Position numbers and translations under genes: made by a program. Positions 51,741 to 64,000 of a stretch of 64,000 nucleotides of DNA are shown here, piece after piece. The notes beneath the pieces are model-generated. The model saw only the letters and a program-made list of their open reading frames with translations. It was not told where the DNA came from and did no database searches. The DNA is taken from assembly GCF_006345805.1 (NCBI RefSeq), contig NC_043020.1, forward strand, positions 18,910,001-18,974,000. The letters are read 5' to 3'. Numbering within the stretch: position 1 is the stretch's first letter; every line of letters begins with the position of its first letter. Source of the DNA: Octopus sinensis. Lineage: Eukaryota.

Positions 51741-52870
51741 CAGGGGTTGGACAAAATAATGAAAACCCCTTAAAATTTCAAACAAATTTATTTTAATATG
51801 AGATAGGACTGCCTTTGGCAGAAATTACAGCTTGAATTCTACGAGGTATGGACTCGTACAAAGTTTGAATTGTTTCCAAAGAAATTTTTGTCCATTCTAC
51901 AGCTAAAGCAGTCTCCAGTTCTTGTAGTGATGATGGTGGAAGATATCGACTCCTTATTTTTTTCTAAAATGCACCATAAATGTTCAATAATATTTAGATC
52001 TGGGGGTCTATGGTGGCCAAATAAGATGTTCAACTTCACTAGAATGTTCCTCGTGCCATTCAGTAACAACTTTAGCTGTGTGAATTGGTACATTAACATC
52101 ATGAAAGATTGCGTTTCCCTCCGGAAACAGTTCCGCAACCATAGGATGGATTTGATCAGATAACATGCTTACATTGTTTTGACTATTAATTCTGCCATGA
52201 AGGGAAACCATTGGGTCGGCCGATTTCCACGATATAGTCCTCCAGATCATCACAGATTCTCCTCCATATTTAACAGTTGGAAGAAGGCATTCTGGGTCAA
52301 ATGCTTCTTTTGGCTGTCTCCACACGTATACTTGGCCGGCGGTGGAAGTAAGATAAAGGATGACTCGTCCGAGAAAATCACATTCTTCCGCTGCTCTAGG
52401 GAACAACTCTGTAGGTTTTTTCTCCACTCTAAACGCTTTGCAACGTTTGTTTTTGAAAGTAGTGCTTTTCTGATTGCAACCCTCCCGTGAAATTCAGGTT
52501 TGTGCAGCTCCTGGCGAACAGTTTTTGTGGAAACTGGGTTCTCGGGGTGGTCATTAAGCTCTACAGTAATTTTGAACTTTAGTGATCGTTTCTAACAATT
52601 CGCGTATGAAAGTTTTGGTTTTCTTCCAGAGTTTGGTTTCGAGGAGGTTTTTCCTTCTTTCTCAAAGGCTGTCATTACTTTTGAGACAGTACTTCTTGAT
52701 ACACCATTTCGGCTGTTTTCGTTATGCTAGCGCCTGCCATACGAGCACCAACAACTTGACCGTTTTGAAAGTCCGATAGATCCGTCATTTTAATGAATTT
52801 TAATTACCTTTTTCTGATATTTGAAAAGAAACAGCAAGATTAACAAAACATATTAAGCAACACTAATAAT
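51741..52870 (-). mobile_element. Tc1-like transposon remnant
   Basis: CAGGGGTTGGACAAAATAATGAAAAC end after CA/TA repeat. VWRQPKEAFDPECLLPTVKYGGESVMIW; HDVNVPIHTAK; WPP..PDLNIIEHLW. Confidence 0.85.
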
Positions 52871-53675
52871 AAATAAAAAAACATAAAAATAAGCCAGCTT
52901 TTCTCATATATATGAGAAAACAATTAATCTAGTCAGGACTGTGGCATTTAAATTTATTTAGTTTAGTTTAATTTAAGAGAGTTTATGCTGATGCAATACA
53001 GGTAGAATTAATAGATATAGATATACAGTTGTTTCTGGGATATTCCAGGCTCTGGATCACCATATTGATCCAAGGTTCCATATACTGGGTATTCCGTCAT
53101 CGAAGATATATAAGAAATATAAGCAGGAACATTTGTTGTAGAAAGATGCGTAGCACGGTCGTTATAGATTATAGATTATCATGTTCAGGAGAGTAGGGGT
53201 GAGGTGGGGGTTATTCCGATCTGTATGAAAGGGTTCATTACGTATATTCCTAGGTAAGTCTATTGCTTAAAATAAAGGTCGAGTAATGTGTTCAGTGGAG
53301 AGAAGGGAAAACAATAGCGCTAGTAGTTTGAATGTCAGTGTAGCATTCAAACTGCCAGCACTATTTAAACGGCATTGTCCTGCTTTGATTGTTTTCTACT
53401 TTAATTTATACCTACTGACTCGAAGGCAAGCTACTGATTGCCGGTTGTCTCCCAACTGGACATTTGTTCTACCACAACTCCAGCTCCTGTTTGAACTGTG
53501 ATTCTAGTGGCTTATCAATTGGAGAACTCAGACTGCATACCTATGAGTTTGGGTTACCTTCACTTAAACTCATCTCATATATATATATATATATATATAC
53601 ATATTTCGGTGCGTATGTGCGTGTGTGTATGTACACAGACACACAAACACACAGACACAGATACACACACACACA

Positions 53676-53719
<44 letters not shown>

Positions 53720-54907
53720 TATATGCTTGTCTTTATGCTTAGTTATAATAAAAACAATTTTACATTGATCTGAGGGGTTACTTCATACTTTTGTAGAGTA
53801 CAAGTTTATTGTTGATCAAGAATATTGTTGACAGTGAATTCGAAGTTTCGACTATTTAACCCATCGCCGGTCTGCAATATATTAAAGTTAATCTTAGCTT
53901 TATATAATATCTTTTGACTAAGCCTTCCTTGAGTGTACGAGTATGAGTGAGGTAGTGATTGGGTTTTAGGGTGGTTCTTTATAGAGAGGTGTTTTAAAGA
54001 AATTTTTATTGATTAAATTTGGGTTATGCTATTGTTTTAGAATTTATTCATGTGTGTAGAGCTTTGTAAGCGAGTATGTATGTTTAAGTGTGTTCCTTTG
54101 TTAGGTAGTCACAAGATGTGTTAGTAGATTAGCTATTTGTGGTTTGATTGGATAAATCCTATCACGTGTTTTGCTCTGACAATGTACAGGTCAAAAGTAT
54201 TAAGTCCAATATTTAGATCCTTAGTAACTGAGTGTGTCAACTTTGTTGTAATGAAAATTTTTAGGGGTTCACAAAAGAATGTAAATAGGTGGTATATTTT
54301 AGCTGGCCAGTTTCTATTCGTTACTAAACACATCAATATTGTAAAACCGTTGCTCTCATGTGTAGTGAAAAATTAAACCCATCTTTTCACAATTATTGTC
54401 ACCCTTTTGATGCAAACCAAACGAAATACGTATATTGTTTGTGTATATATAACATGCAGTTACAGAATCCAATATTGTTACATACAAAATGAAAGTGAAG
54501 CGAAGCAAGCCGATATGCAAATATTTTATAGCAATGTAATCTTAGTATTACTATGATGAAAAGAAAAATACTAAAATTATATTTGCTTTTGTTAAAGCAA
54601 TAAAATATTAATTCTTAGTAGAACGCCTGCAAAGTATGCAACAGTTAAAAATGTAAAATTTAAAGCGGGTGGCTGTAAGATGAAATATTGCAAAGTACTT
54701 GTTGACAGAACGTGCATTTAATATTAAGTAACAATGACGAATAAATGAATATTAACTGATAAAAAGACGATGAAATACAAACTGTAATAATAAGTGCAAA
54801 TCCTACGACCGGAAAAGTTTCAACACAAAACGTTATTAGCCACTGAAACAAGCTTAAAACAAAATATTATTAGTATTGGCGAAGCGGGAAGAAAACTGGA
54901 ACTGGAA

Positions 54908-55287
54908 GCACTCCGTCGGTTACGACGACGAGGGTTCCGGTTGATCCGAATCAACGGAACAGCCTGGTCGTGAAATTAACGTGTAAGTGGCTGAGCACTC
55001 CACAGACACGTGTACCCTTAACGTAGTTCTCGGGGATATTAAGCGTGACACAGAGAGTGACAAGGCTGGCCCCTTGAAATACAGGTACAACAGAAACAGG
55101 AAGTAAGAGTGAGAGAAAGTTGTGGTGAAAGAGTACAGCAGGGATCACCACCATCCCCTGCCAGAGCCTCGTGGAGCTTTAGGTGTTTTCGCTCAATAAA
55201 CACTCACAACGTCCGGTCTGGGAATCGAAACCGCGATCCTATGACCGCGAGTCCGCTGCCATAACCACTGGGCCATTGCACCTCCAC
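54908..55287 (-). mobile_element. SINE family 3, full length
   Basis: Minus head GTGGAGGTGCAATGGCCCAGTGGTTATGGCAGCGG..CGGTTTCGATTCCC (A/B boxes); tail CCCTCGTCGTCGTAACCGACGGAGTGC. Confidence 0.85.
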
Positions 55288-55913
55288 GGGAAGAAAACAC
55301 ACTATTAATGATAGCATAAATCTATAGAATTTTAGGACGGAAATGTTTCTATTGAATCGACAAATGTTTCTGAAGCATTTTTTTCGAGCTAAATCCAGAT
55401 ATGCAATTTGTTTTCACCAATGAACTCAGGATCTTTGTATACATACTACCTTGATTTTTCACAAAAAAAAAAAGTTTTCCTTGATTTTATGTCTTGGTCT
55501 GACTTCGGAGCAGTGGCCCAAAGTGTGAAAAATGTTTCATTTATCACCCTTTCCTTGCACAAATTATGGTAAAATTATGAACACAGCCGATTATATGCGT
55601 AGATAGACTAACTGTAGTATGATTTCGACTAGAAATGGAGATATTTTTGCCAACGATAGAGAAAATACAAAAGGAGGTCAGAATCTTAAACGCAACAAAA
55701 TCTGCGAATTACATACATATAACATGATATCCCTAAAAAACGTCAAATGTTATTTTGATGGAAGAAATCTCTGTTTCTTATACATTAAAGCATCGGACAG
55801 TCCCTTTCTATGTTCCGAGGGTAATCAAATATCATATTCACTCACATCCTATATATTTTGGTACCTCTCCTCTTTTTCTTTCGATTCTTGGTGGAATCTT
55901 TCTTCCTGTCCAT

Positions 55914-56295
55914 CAGGCGTGGCTGTGTGGTAAAAAGTTTGCTTCCCAACCACATGGTTCTCTTGGGCAAATGTCTTCTATTATAGCCACGGGCCGACTA
56001 AAGCCTTAGGAGTGGATTTGGTAGACGGAAACTGAAAGAAGCCCCTCGTATATATGTATCTGTGTGTGTGAGTGTATTGGGGGTTGTTTGTGTTTGTGTT
56101 TGTCCCTCGACATCGCTTGACAACCAGTGTTGGTGTGTTTACATCCCCTTAACTTAGCAGTGTGTCAAAAGAGAACAATAGAATAAGCACCAAGCTTTAA
56201 AAAAAGTACTGCTGTCGGTTCATTCGACTAACACTTCCTTCAAGGCAGTGCCCCAGCATGGCCGCAGTTTAAGGACCGAAACAAGTAAAAGATAA
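55914..56295 (+). mobile_element. SINE family 1, near full length
   Basis: CAGGCGTGGCTGTGTGGTAAAAAG head to CCAGCATGGCCGCAG..GAAACAAGTAAAAGA tail. Confidence 0.85.
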
Positions 56296-56713
56296 AACAT
56301 ACATACATACACATATACACACACATATACATATATATATATATACATATATAGATAGAGAGATAATACAGACATATAGACATGTATTTATGTATGTATG
56401 TATGTATAAAAATGTATGCTATTTAACCCACAGCTGTGACCCTAAGTGGTAGTTCTATATTCCTCCAAACCTTGTAACTCTTTTCCAGGGCCCCACTATC
56501 GAGACAGTTCAAAATCTTGGAGTGAAGTACTCCAACTTCTCGTTACTTTACAAAAAAAATAAATAAAATAAATAAAATAGTGTGGTCATCTTTACCTCCG
56601 TTGTGCCACTGGTATTATGACTGATTGTACTGATAAATAGTTCAATCTTGTGTAACACTTTATCCACTCAAAGCAAATTCATGTGCAGGAATATATATAT
56701 ACACACACACATA

Positions 56714-57775
56714 CGAGCAGGAGCTGAAAAGTTTAAGGCTTTGGGTAAAAGAAAATACATGAGTATCAGCTAATTATGATTTTATTCAACATATTCCCCT
56801 CTCAGATTCAAACACTTATTTGTAGCAGTCCTACTGTTTTGTAAACCCTGTAAAAAGAACTGGGAAGGTCGGACCTCCAACCAGACCCCTGTAGCAGCAA
56901 TCACTTCCGAATTGGAGTGAAATTTCGTTCTCTTGGGATGTTTCTTCAGTTGTTGAAACAAATGACAGTCGGAGGGGACCAAGCCAGGACCGTAAGGTAA
57001 GTGGTCTACCGATTCGAAGTCAGTCTCGTATTTTCGGTAGTTTCACGTGCTGTGCGTGTTGGTGCATTGTCCTGTAAAAACAAGACACCACGACTCAGCT
57101 TTTCTCGGCGTTTCTGCTTCAAATCTTCACGAAATTCGTCCAACAGAGACATGTAGCATTCAGCGTTGATGGTAAGACTGCTTAATAGGTATTTTATGAG
57201 TACTCTGTCTTTGTCCCAAAACACTGAAGCCAGAATCTTTCCAGCTGACTTCTGGGTCCGAAAGTTCTTGGGAGGCGGTGAACCGCTGTGGCAGCACTTC
57301 ATTGATTGCTGCTTGGTCGGGGGATCATAATGATGAAGCCAAGTTTCATCCAGGGTGATGAAATGAGCCATAAAATCAGTATCTCCTGCAGCAAACCGGT
57401 CCAAAATCGCCTTTGATGTCGTCACTCTAATACGCTTCTGATCAGCGTTCAGGTTTTCCGGGGCGCATTTTGCAGAAATGTGCACAGCGTTGGTTTTGTC
57501 CTCTGTGATCGCGGAGGTTAGCCGTCATGACCAGGGTTCATCTGTGACCTTGAAATGACCAGTCTAAATCTTTGACACCCAGATTTTCACTGTGGAGTTA
57601 GATGGGCAGCCATGCTTTAAGATTTCCTTCATCTTGACATGGATCTCCACCGCTCTTTTGCGGCCATGCTTCAATTTTACCAAATCCACTGCTGGAGCTG
57701 CTACAATGCGTCAAATCTGCAAAAATGAGATACATCATCATGATTTTTTGCATATCTTCTCCTAAATAGTTGTCC
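56714..57775 (-). mobile_element. mariner transposon (irritans-like), degenerate
   Basis: ITLDETWLHHYDP.TKQQS; SAGKILASVFWD; FLQDNAP; PSDCHLF..LK. TA-CGAGCAGGAGCTGAAAAG terminus. Confidence 0.85.
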
Positions 57776-58801
57776 TACCTCCCATGTATGTATGTATGTA
57801 TGTATGTATGTATGTATGTATGTATGTATGTATGTATGCATGCATGCATGCATGTATGTATATGTACACACATACATACACACATACACGCACACACACA
57901 CAGACACACACACACACACAGACACACACACACATACGCTCCGGAATTATTGCATCAATTTAAAATGCAGAGCAATCTTCAGCTGCACAAAGACATAAAA
58001 TTTTATTAAATTAGAACAGATGGACACATTAGTATGATTATACCTAAAATCTCCAAGATCTTAGGGAGATAGACAAAGAACATGCCGTCTGTCTCCAGCA
58101 TAGAAGTTACTAAGTTTACAAGAAGATATACATTGTTGCAGACTCTGCCTGTCACTGATTTTTATTTTTTATTTTTATGGGGTCAGTTTTAATTTATAGA
58201 CTAATTTATCAAATACCTTGTATATCTAAGGCTGAGAGAACAGAGGGCAGTATCTGTTAGGAGTAGGGCTGAGGGAGCAGACAGACATCATAGTTGGTAT
58301 AGTCATAAAAATCAAGATTTATTAGAAGCAATATCATGAGGTTTGGTAAAGGAAAATTTAAAACAAGATGTTAGCTGATAATAAGGGGGGGTCGCCCACT
58401 AGCAGACCATTGATAATGAAACAGGGGAAATCTTAACATGTTGTACTATAGTTTAAATATTTTATACAATGTTGCTGTTTTGCATACAGTTAAAATTTAG
58501 TGCTATTTGGATGATTATTAAGAATACTATTGTAACAAAAGGATAGGAATTTATACTTTTGAGTATATACCAAACTTTTACCACAATAGAGGGAGGAAAA
58601 GAAATTATACAGAAATAGTTTAATATTTATACATATTGCACACTTAAATTCTAACTCATCAGATGGTATCTGTGAAGATTGATTAATTTATTAAAATAAA
58701 ACTGCTTAGATTATAATTTTATTAATATATAATTAGCATGTTCCTTTGCCTCAATACTCCTTTATTAACACCAGTATATACCAATTAATCAATATTCACA
58801 G

Positions 58802-58877
<76 letters not shown>

Positions 58878-58936
58878 ATACATATATTATTTATATTATT
58901 ATTTAATTGAACGCCACGCAGCCATTTCCAAGCAAG

Positions 58937-58976
<40 letters not shown>

Positions 58977-59067
58977 ATATAATCTTATATATATAATATA
59001 TATGTATACATACTATATCATATATAAATACAGCATATATATTATATATATATCTATTTATATATAC

Positions 59068-59111
<44 letters not shown>

Positions 59112-59150
59112 AGTATATAGCGAGAAAGAGAAGCAACAAGACTGGATAGT

Positions 59151-59240
59151 TTTTAGTACAATCGTTTCATACAAGGACAGGCTTTTTAAAAGTTGTAAAA
59201 ATTACAGCATATAAACGTGTCCCGTACTCATCAGCTAAAA
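59151..59240 (-). ncRNA. Type-I hammerhead ribozyme, complete (minus copy)
   Basis: UUUUAG-CUGAUGA-GUACGGGACA-[insert]-UGUCCUUGUAU-GAAAC-GAUU-GUA/CUAAAA. Predicted cleavage between 59157 and 59156. Confidence 0.8.
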
Positions 59241-60286
59241 TACATGTGAGTTCTCTAGACATCCTAGTGGTTGAGGCTATAACTCATGAAGTATTGTAGA
59301 TAATTAAGTAACATAAACAGAATTTCCAAAGTTCATTAAAGTTCTTAAATGATTTTCTAATGTATTTTTTCTTTTGATTTTAGCATCTGACCCCTAAACC
59401 CCTGACTGTGTTATCTCTTTAGATTCTCTTTAAATTCATAGCTGATTTCAACAGCAATAAATTAGCTGTTTTACTGGTCCAAAGAATAATATTCTCCTCT
59501 AGTTCCTAGATGCCTGTAAATTAAAACCAGACTTGCCGTCTACTAATTCTTCTGTATAACTAGAACCCTCTTTTTTATTTTATTTTTTCCCTTCTTTCCC
59601 CTATTTCTTTCTCTTTTCTCTTTTTTTCTGTTTCTTCTTCTTATTCTCTTTTTCCTTTTCTCTTCTCTTTTAGTCCCCTCCCCCCCCCTTTTTTTGCTCC
59701 CTCCTCCTTTATTTTCTCTCTTTTCTTCTATTCCCTTCCCTTTCTTTCTTCTTGCCTCTCTAAAAGCCCTTCACCTTTAAAAGTTAAATAGCTACAGCCT
59801 CTTGTAAATAGCAGTAATGTGATTAATGTGGCAAATACCTATCAATATAACAAGAATTGATACCTACCTCATTGTGTTCAACCATTGATAAATTTATCGC
59901 CTGTGAATATGAAATTCCTCTTCATTTCTCTGGAAACTTACATCTACACCATTGGAATTGTGCATCTATACAAAGGATTAATTCACCCTCTCTGTAATGC
60001 TAATAGCAGGAATTGAGACCCACCTCGTTGTGATTAACAATGGATAAATTTGTCTTCTGTGAGTATGTAATCCCTCATCATATCTTTGGAATTCATATGT
60101 GCTCTATGGATTAGGTCACCTTCTCTCTGATGTTTTTAGAACTTTTTTAAAATTCTGTGATAAGACTGTACATCATCTTAAAGAACTTTAATGAACTTTG
60201 GAAATCTTTTTATGTTACTTAATTATCTACATTACTTCATGAGTATATAGCCTCAACCACTAGGATGTCTAGAGAACTCACATGTA

Positions 60287-60377
60287 TTTTAGCTGATGAG
60301 TACGGGACACGTTTATATGCTGTAATTTTTACAACTTTTAATAAAGCCTGTCCTTGTATGAAACGATTGTACTAAAA
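60287..60377 (+). ncRNA. Type-I hammerhead ribozyme, complete (plus copy)
   Basis: Stem I TTTTAG (60287-92)/CTAAAA (60372-77); CTGATGA 60293-99; GAAAC 60360-64; GTA 60369-71. Confidence 0.8.
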
Positions 60378-60524
60378 ACCTATCCATTCTTGTTGCTTCT
60401 TCTCGCTTATAATCACCCCCACATTACTGTATTGTTAAAACAGTATAGTTTTTTTTGGTGCATCTAAGTTAGTTACCATATTCAAGTAAATTCATTTAAA
60501 TTAACTTGAATCTTTATTGCTTTT

Positions 60525-60607
<83 letters not shown>

Positions 60608-60807
60608 GTATATGTATATGCATATATATTATTTATAGTCGCAAGTCCAGCGACATATTCTCTCGGTCTAACAATTATAATATTGTTAATTCACTCCCAG
60701 ACTTAGTTATCTATTCGAGTCGGATATTGCTTCTTTTGAACTTGTCAACCCCTGTGATATATATAATATAATAATAATATAATAATAATAATAATAATAT
60801 AATAATA

Positions 60808-61360
60808 TGCCCTGATGCAGTACCAGGCATGGCTCTCATGGCTTCTGATCTTAACTGATTGGAAGTGTTATCATGTACATTGTTTTGTCTTGTATAAAGA
60901 TGGGCTACAGCAAATATTCTGCTCAATACCACAGATTTGCTTGTCAGTTGTTTGACCTTAACCAGTTGAGCATGTCCCTTAGTGGCTGACGATATGTGCA
61001 TCTCTGATCACGAGCAGAAGTAGTGGGGGAGCATCATAGCCATTGTTTGAGAGGATTCTTTGGGGTTTGAATAGTTCACCTCTGGAAACATGGGTGGTTC
61101 TTTCAACATCCTTAAACAACCCTTATTCAGGACCGTTTTGAGCAGGATGGGCTACTCAAAATGAAGAAAATTCTAACTGGGCCCCACCTGCAAGGTCATG
61201 TGCTGTTTATCTTGATATGAGATCACCATGTCGCGCACATATGGTTGTGATGCATGTGCCTGGTGTACCTTTATCAGACGGGTAGTCATGATGGGTATAT
61301 TGGGCTTCGTATATTTTACCCCAGTGTCACTTTGATGGCATGAACTGCTCTCTCACTCAA
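60808..61360 (+). mobile_element. ~600-bp (AAT)n-associated element, copy 4
   Basis: TGCCCTGATGCAGTACCAGG...CTCTCTCACTCAA with (AAT)n on both sides. Confidence 0.9.
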
Positions 61361-61734
61361 TGATAATAATAATAATAATAACAATAATAATAATAACAGG
61401 ATGAAATTTATAAATATTAAATGCATCGCTACGCGCGTTTCCACAAATCCCATGACTTTAACATCAAAGTCCTGGGGATGAGTATACCGTACTCATCCGT
61501 ATCTGATGTCAAAATCATGTGATTTGTGGAAACGCGCGTAGCGTTGTATCAAATATTATAAATTCTCTCCTAGAATTATTATAATAATTATTACATTTAT
61601 CCTACATTAAAACTGACTATTCAGTATCATTAGATGGTTGCCGACATAACGAAATAGAAGCTTTATTTGTATACTCCTAACGTTACCATAAACGAATTAA
61701 AAAGATATGTGTGTGTGTGTGTGTGTGTGTAGTG

Positions 61735-62105
61735 TTCTTTTGCTTGTTTCAGTCATTAGACTGTGACTATGCAGTCTAATGCACCACCTTGAATTTTCTT
61801 TTTTTGAGTCGAAAGCCTGGTACTTATTCTTTCGGTCTGTTTACCGAACCGCTAAGTTACGGGGATGCAAACACACCAACACCGGCTATCAAGCACTGGT
61901 AGGGGCACAAACACAGACACGTAGACACACACACACATATATATATATATAATATGGGCTTCTTTCAGTTTCCGTCTACCAAATCCACTCACGAGGATTT
62001 GGTCGGCCCGAGGTTATAGTAGAAGACATTTGCCCAAGATGCTACGCAGTGGGATTGAACCCGGAACCATGTGGTTGGAAGCAAGCTTCTTACCAAACAG
62101 CCTCA
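61735..62105 (-). mobile_element. SINE family 1
   Basis: Complete head and tail blocks. Confidence 0.85.
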
Positions 62106-62741
62106 CACACACGCACATATATACGTATATATGATGTACATATATATATGCATGCGTGTACATGTAGGTATGATTGTGCACACACACACACATACGCGCA
62201 CACAAATGTACGTGTGTGTGCGTGCATGTTTGCATATGTATCTATGTATGTATGCATGCAAGCGTATGTACATGTGTGCACAATGCAGATCTGTCTATGT
62301 ATGTATAAGTATGCACCTTGCAGATCCACAACAAGACTGAATAGTCATCTGAGAGGTCATGGATGGAAAATCAGGAATGTCACTGACAACGCAGAAGCAG
62401 CACAAAGAGACGGCGGTAAATCAGTGAAGACGAACCAAGCACTGTATGCGTGTGTGTCTGTGTGTGTGTAAGTGTGTGAGTTTGTTTATGTGTGTATATA
62501 AGTGTGTATGTGTGTGTACCATATGCGTGTGGATGAGTGTGTGTATGTGTACCATATGCGTGTGTATGTATGTATGAGTGTGTGTGTGTGTGTACGTTTG
62601 CACATGCACGCGTGCGTGTGTGTGTGTGTGTGTACGTTTGCACATGCACGCGTGCGTGTGTGTGTGTGTAGTACCGTGTAGTAGTGTGAAGTGTGTGTGG
62701 TAGCGTGTGTATGTATGGTAGCGTGTGTGTGTGTTTATATT

Positions 62742-62775
<34 letters not shown>

Positions 62776-63838
62776 TGTGTGCGTGTGCGTGTGTGTGTGT
62801 GTGACTGACCCTGAAAGCACGTGGTTGAGAAACAAACTTCTTAGCAGACAACCGGCGTGGAAGCTTTAACCAGCAACAGGTTTTTCGAATGGATACATTT
62901 CACTTTTAAGTCAATTCCCCTTTCCACATTCCATTTCCAAATTGGCCACCCTGACATTTGAAAGGAAGCGGTCAAGCGTTGAATACTTCGACCAGCGATT
63001 TGCTGGTCAGTTTAATTCATCGATTCCCCTCACCCTCTCCCGCATCACTCATCTTCCCACCTCCTCTCTACACGTGTCCACGAGCCAAACGAGGCGGCCT
63101 ATACTTTTTAATCCTACGAGTCGTTCATAATCCTGCTATTAGTGTCGCTTGGTAAATGTATCTTATCTTTCTTTATCTTTTACTTGTTTCAGTCATTAGA
63201 CTGCGGCCATGCTGGGGTACCGCCTTCAAAGGTTTCAGTGGAACAAAACGAACTCAGAACTATTTTTATAAAGCCTGCTTCTTATTTCAGTATTCTTAGT
63301 CTATCTTCACAAAACTGCTAAATCTCGGGGATATAAATGCACCAAATCTGACCGCCGCTGACCCATCATTGACCCTTCAATCTACGCGCACACGCAAAAT
63401 CGCGCGCGCACACACTCACGCACTGCCACACCCACACATTCACACACCTGTCACAATAGCTGTTGGTCTTTCAGACACACCAGCAGCGATTGTCAAGCGA
63501 TGTTGTGGACACACACACACAATTAAAACACACACATACGCTACTCCACACACATACACACACAAATATAAACACACACACAATTAAAACTACACACATA
63601 CGCTACCACACCATACATACACACGCTACCGCACACGGTACTACAAACACACACACGCACACACACACACACGCACGCACGCGCGCATGTGCAAACGTAT
63701 ACTGACCATTTTCGCACACTACTGTTTCAGAAAGCATTTTTCTTCATTCCTACTTCCAATCACTTACTTTAAAAATATAATTCCACGTGATTGTTGGCGA
63801 TTTATTTTCCTCCGTCTTGGATTTTCCTGTTTCTTCCT

Positions 63839-63873
63839 GTTTCCGAAGAAGAGCTATGCTTGAAACGTAAAAC
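63839..63873 (+). ncRNA. Minimal hammerhead-like motif (degenerate) in a Penelope-associated repeat
   Basis: GUUU-CCGAAGA-A-GAGC-UAU-GCUU-GAAAC-GUA/AAAC. U4C in core; loop-less ACGU stem III. Confidence 0.45.
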
Positions 63874-63967
63874 TTCAACTCTTTTCCTTCTCCGAGCGTC
63901 TTATTAATACATTGCTCGTGCCACGTCCAAACGTTTGTTTTTTTCTTTTTCTGTGTGTTTTTTAATT

Positions 63968-64000
<33 letters not shown>

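Larger units (their letters stand above)
59116..60410. mobile_element. Penelope-like inverted pseudo-LTR pair (~230-bp arms, ~830-bp spacer)
   Basis: 59116-59348 is the reverse complement of 60178-60410 with only a few differences. Each arm carries a hammerhead. Confidence 0.7.

Noticed and set aside
53760-54420. Penelope RT/GIY-YIG remnant on the minus strand
   Set aside because: Resemblance is vague, stop-ridden and has no accompanying hammerhead.
58060-58700. LINE RT motif (LDIQG.FD) on the minus strand
   Set aside because: Needs an assumed frameshift and has no second supporting motif.
59830-60170. C2H2 zinc-finger array in the hammerhead spacer (diverged ~140-bp duplication)
   Set aside because: No CxxC/HxxxH or TGEKP linker pattern in any frame.

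Overview
AT-rich, repeat-saturated eukaryotic DNA. The SINE families and huge TA/CA/TACA/ATT microsatellites resemble a coleoid cephalopod, probably Octopus (recognised from memory, not by search). No host protein-coding exon could be confidently identified. Almost all ORFs in the track are microsatellite read-through or broken transposon frames. Recognisable content: a TTAA-flanked piggyBac remnant (1.4-3.2 kb); a HERO/NeSL-type RLE retrotransposon remnant (9.2-10.9 kb); Penelope-like remnants; two maT (DD37D) copies, three mariners and one Tc1-like element; a ~17 kb cluster of R4/Dong-type RLE LINE fragments in (AAT)n arrays (32-49 kb); three SINE families; a ~600-bp non-coding (AAT)n-associated element; and a 100-N gap. 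Most interesting: (1) type-I hammerhead ribozymes, including two complete copies in a ~230-bp inverted repeat (59.1/60.3 kb), one next to a GIY-YIG remnant (14.3 kb) and three minimal loop-less copies; (2) the apparent non-autonomous partner of the R4/Dong LINEs; (3) an out-of-register 465-bp foldback insertion (21.9-22.9 kb); (4) local templated-insertion scars. Repeat boundaries were read by eye and are approximate (about +/-20 bp) unless a TSD, TIR or motif is cited.
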